Below, one piece after another: positions 61,407-64,000 of a stretch of DNA of 64,000 nt. The notes under the pieces were generated by a model that saw only the letters and a list, made by a program, of their open reading frames with translations, was not told the DNA's origin and made no database searches. Source of the stretch: Caecitellus pseudoparvulus (lineage: Eukaryota; Protista; Bigyra: Bicosoecida); assembly GCA_965644315.1 (NCBI GenBank), contig CBFFRQ010000069.1, positions 1,178,001 to 1,242,000 of the forward strand. Direction: 5' to 3'. The position numbers and the translations under genes are program-made. Positions within the stretch are counted from its first letter, which is position 1; every line of letters starts with the position of its first letter.

Positions 61407-64000
61407 ATGGAGGCAGGTTCTGCGTCTGGTGTGCAGACCAACATCTACCGCCATCTGGAGGAGGTGGTGGGAAGCGGGGTGAGGAGCTGCGCGGAAATTG
61501 AGCAGTGATGCAGGTGACACAAGTGCCCGTCCCTTTGCAGTGCACGCCACAAAAGAAGCGAGGAAAGTACGACGCTGGATTTTCATATGCACCAGTGTTC
61601 CACGAGGCCACTTGCACGACACCTGTTTCCATTAGGAGACGCAAGATAGTGCTTCGGTTCGTGCGCAGCCGTTGGCAGCCATGTGCGAGAACTGCAGCTC
61701 GGCTACACCCCCCTTGCTCTGTTTCTCAGGACACCGGGAGTTCAACCTGAGTGCTCTCTAGGCTTCAAACCCCTCCTGACTGCTGCAGATGACGCGGGGG
61801 CCGTGCCTCGTCCTACATGGGTTCCGGAACTGCCTGGCCCTGCCGCCGCTACGCCGGCAAAACCCCCTGCCAAGCCGCTGCAACAGGGCAACACCAGCGC
61901 GTTCAGCGATGAGTCGCCTGGCTTCAATGCCTCATTGTTGCAAGCTGTCTCAGCTGTCGAGCATTCGGGTGTATTGCAGGGCGACGCGCCTGTTGTGACA
62001 GACCCAATCACACCCATGGCATGTGTGAAGCACACGCATCGTCGAGCAAGCACCCCGTTCGCAATGATTGGCACATCCCCCATAAAGCCGGACCCAGAAC
62101 TCGAAAGCAAAGATATGGCGCCAGCTGTGAAAGTGGCCCCGCAGAGAGCGCAGGCGCTGCTTGAGGCACTGATGTCCCAGGCGGCAGACTTGCGAGGCAG
62201 CATGTTCAATCACCCAAAGTGGCTTCCGGGGCAAGAGCAGGCAGTTTCTGCAGCTCTGCTTCACAAGGACATCGTCCTCAGCATAGCACCCGGTGGTGGA
62301 GGAATGCTTCCAGTCTTCCTTGCCTCCCTGGTGCAGTCAGGGGTCACTGTTGTGGTTGGAGTAGATGAGCTGCGTATGCAGGTGTATGCCCATGATTTGC
62401 GACACCGGGGTGTGCGCGCCAGAGTCCTAGCCTCAGGGGAGAGCCCAGAAGAGGTGAAATCAATCAAGTCAGGGCTGTGTCCGTCTGGCGAGGCAGCAGC
62501 CTCATGCCAGCTGGCGTTGCTATTCGTGTCTGCCCACAAAGTTATGCGTGGACGGTGGCTTCAGAGCGCATTGGCAAAGCTGGCACTGGCCGGGCAGCTC
62601 CAACGGTTTGTCATTCTAGATGCACAGAGAGGAAGCCCACTATGTCCTTCCTTCCGCCGTGATGTGCGATCACTTTCAGCACTGCGGCAGGTTTTCCCAG
62701 GGGTCCCGGTCACCTGCTGCACCACAAACAGCCAGCCAGCCCTTCACCGCGACGTCGTAAGCATCATGGCCATGACTTCGCCTGAGATTGTGTGCGCCCC
62801 TTGCACACTGCACAAAGCGACACTGCGCGTGGCTGCGCGCCGTGGCCTGGCCCGAATGGCTGCAGAGGTCGCCAAGCTTCACTGCAGGGCCACTGAGTGC
62901 CTTCCCGGACAGGCCATTCGTGGAGTAGTCTTCTGCAAGTCCGGCAAGGAAGCTGAGCGTCTGAAGGCTGAGCTTGTCAAGTGTGCACCTTCGCATGTGC
63001 CTGCCCTGCTTGCGCTGCCTGACGCTGGCATCAAGCAGCTGGGCACTCTTCAGGAATGGGCGAGCGCAGGCAGCTCCATCATTCTGACAGTTTCAGGGAC
63101 AAGCCTTCCACTGAGTCGCGCACAGGTTCAATTCGCTGTGCACACAAGTGTGCCACGGTTTCCGGACACACTTCTTCGTGATGTTGGACGAGTTCATGCT
63201 GGGGGCGGCCATGTGCTGCACGTCCTGCTGCACAACCCAGGGGACTTGCCCGAAGTGGAGAGCGAGAGCGGCGGAACGGTGCCATTGGGCCTTTCTGCTG
63301 ATGAAGCTGCCGCCTATCGGGAGCTCATGATGCAACACCAGAGAAGCCTCCGAGGCGCTCTTCAAACCATGCGCACTTTTGCTGAAGATGACAGCTTGTG
63401 CAGAAAGCAGTACCTGCTACAAGCGTACTGCGATGAATCCCCCGCACTCCCTGGACCCCCGGAGCTCTGCTGTGATACTTGCGCCCACCAGGTGGCCTGT
63501 GAGGGCAGTGAACAGGGCACTGTGGCTCAACGTGCTGGAGTGCGACAGCTTCAGGAACTGAGTGTGGGTCCAGCCTGTATCGCTGCCATGCAGACACTGC
63601 GCGAGTCCCAGTCGCCACCCACGCTCGTGCAGCTAGCAGAGGTCCTGTCTGGGCAGACTGAGGTAGCCCTGACCAAGAGCCAAGCCCGAGCATGCATTGC
63701 ACTCATGGCGCGGTGTGGGCGGCTTCGCTTACTTGCAGCTGGAGGCGTGACAGGGGTAGCGGCCAGCCCCCGCGTATTCTTGGCCGAGGAAGTGAAGCAA
63801 GCGGACAGCGAAGCGAGTGAGCCAAGCACCTTGCCTGCAACCATGGCGTGGCGGAGGCGTGCCCCCTTGAAGCCGTACAGCTGGGGGGTGGAGCAGCCGG
63901 AGGCTAGGCCTGCTGCGCTTGCCGATGCACCTTGTGACGCGGCGGCCACCGTCGCTTCTGCTCCTGTTGCAGCGCCTTGGGCTGTCTCTCTCACCCGCCT
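61407..64000 (+). CDS. RecQ-family helicase-like protein with degenerate catalytic motifs (3'-truncated; absent from the ORF track)
   Basis: Predicted exons 61407-61478, 61541-61656 and 61730->64000; I read this last frame with no stop to the window end. Sequence: FNHPKWLPGQEQAVSAALLHKDIVLSIAPGGGG; LLFVSAHKV; LQRFVILDAQ..SFRRD..LRQVFPGVPV; GVVFCKS; LCRKQYLLQAY..CCDTC. The order is colinear with the RecQ helicase core plus RQC domain. The 5' exons are tentative. Confidence 0.8.

Noticed and set aside
61407-64000. Calling the RecQ-like locus a pseudogene
   Set aside because: No stop or frameshift in >750 codons and the structural Cys residues are retained, so a pseudo-enzyme fits better.

Overview
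Gene-dense, GC-rich EUKARYOTIC genomic DNA with short GT-AG spliceosomal introns. It is most likely from a flagellated protist, probably a stramenopile (inference from gene content). I can support 16 protein-coding genes: a giant 5'-truncated FN3/repeat protein, CEP83, an orphan, COMMD1, a mitochondrial helical-repeat protein, a BRWD/PHIP-type WD40-bromodomain protein, calmodulin (6 exons), a Spinster-type MFS transporter, an XRRA1-like LRR protein, ELP4, RPS28 (3 exons), a DM13-like/EF-hand/LRR giant, an NWE-motif calcyphosin-like protein, a Sel1-repeat protein, an LRR multi-pass membrane protein, and a 3'-truncated RecQ-fold protein missing from the ORF track. I found no RNA genes, CRISPR arrays or mobile elements. 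The three strongest observations are: (1) the giant protein appears recursively nested, with 9 orphan first strands followed by 9 strand-less domain bodies, all inside one split FN3 domain; (2) the hexamer AAT[G/A]CA sits at or just after the stop codon of 13 of 15 complete gene ends and is a candidate non-canonical polyadenylation signal; (3) the RecQ homolog has lost its catalytic motifs but keeps its Zn site (pseudo-helicase). All homology calls come from recognising motifs by eye; no searches were run.
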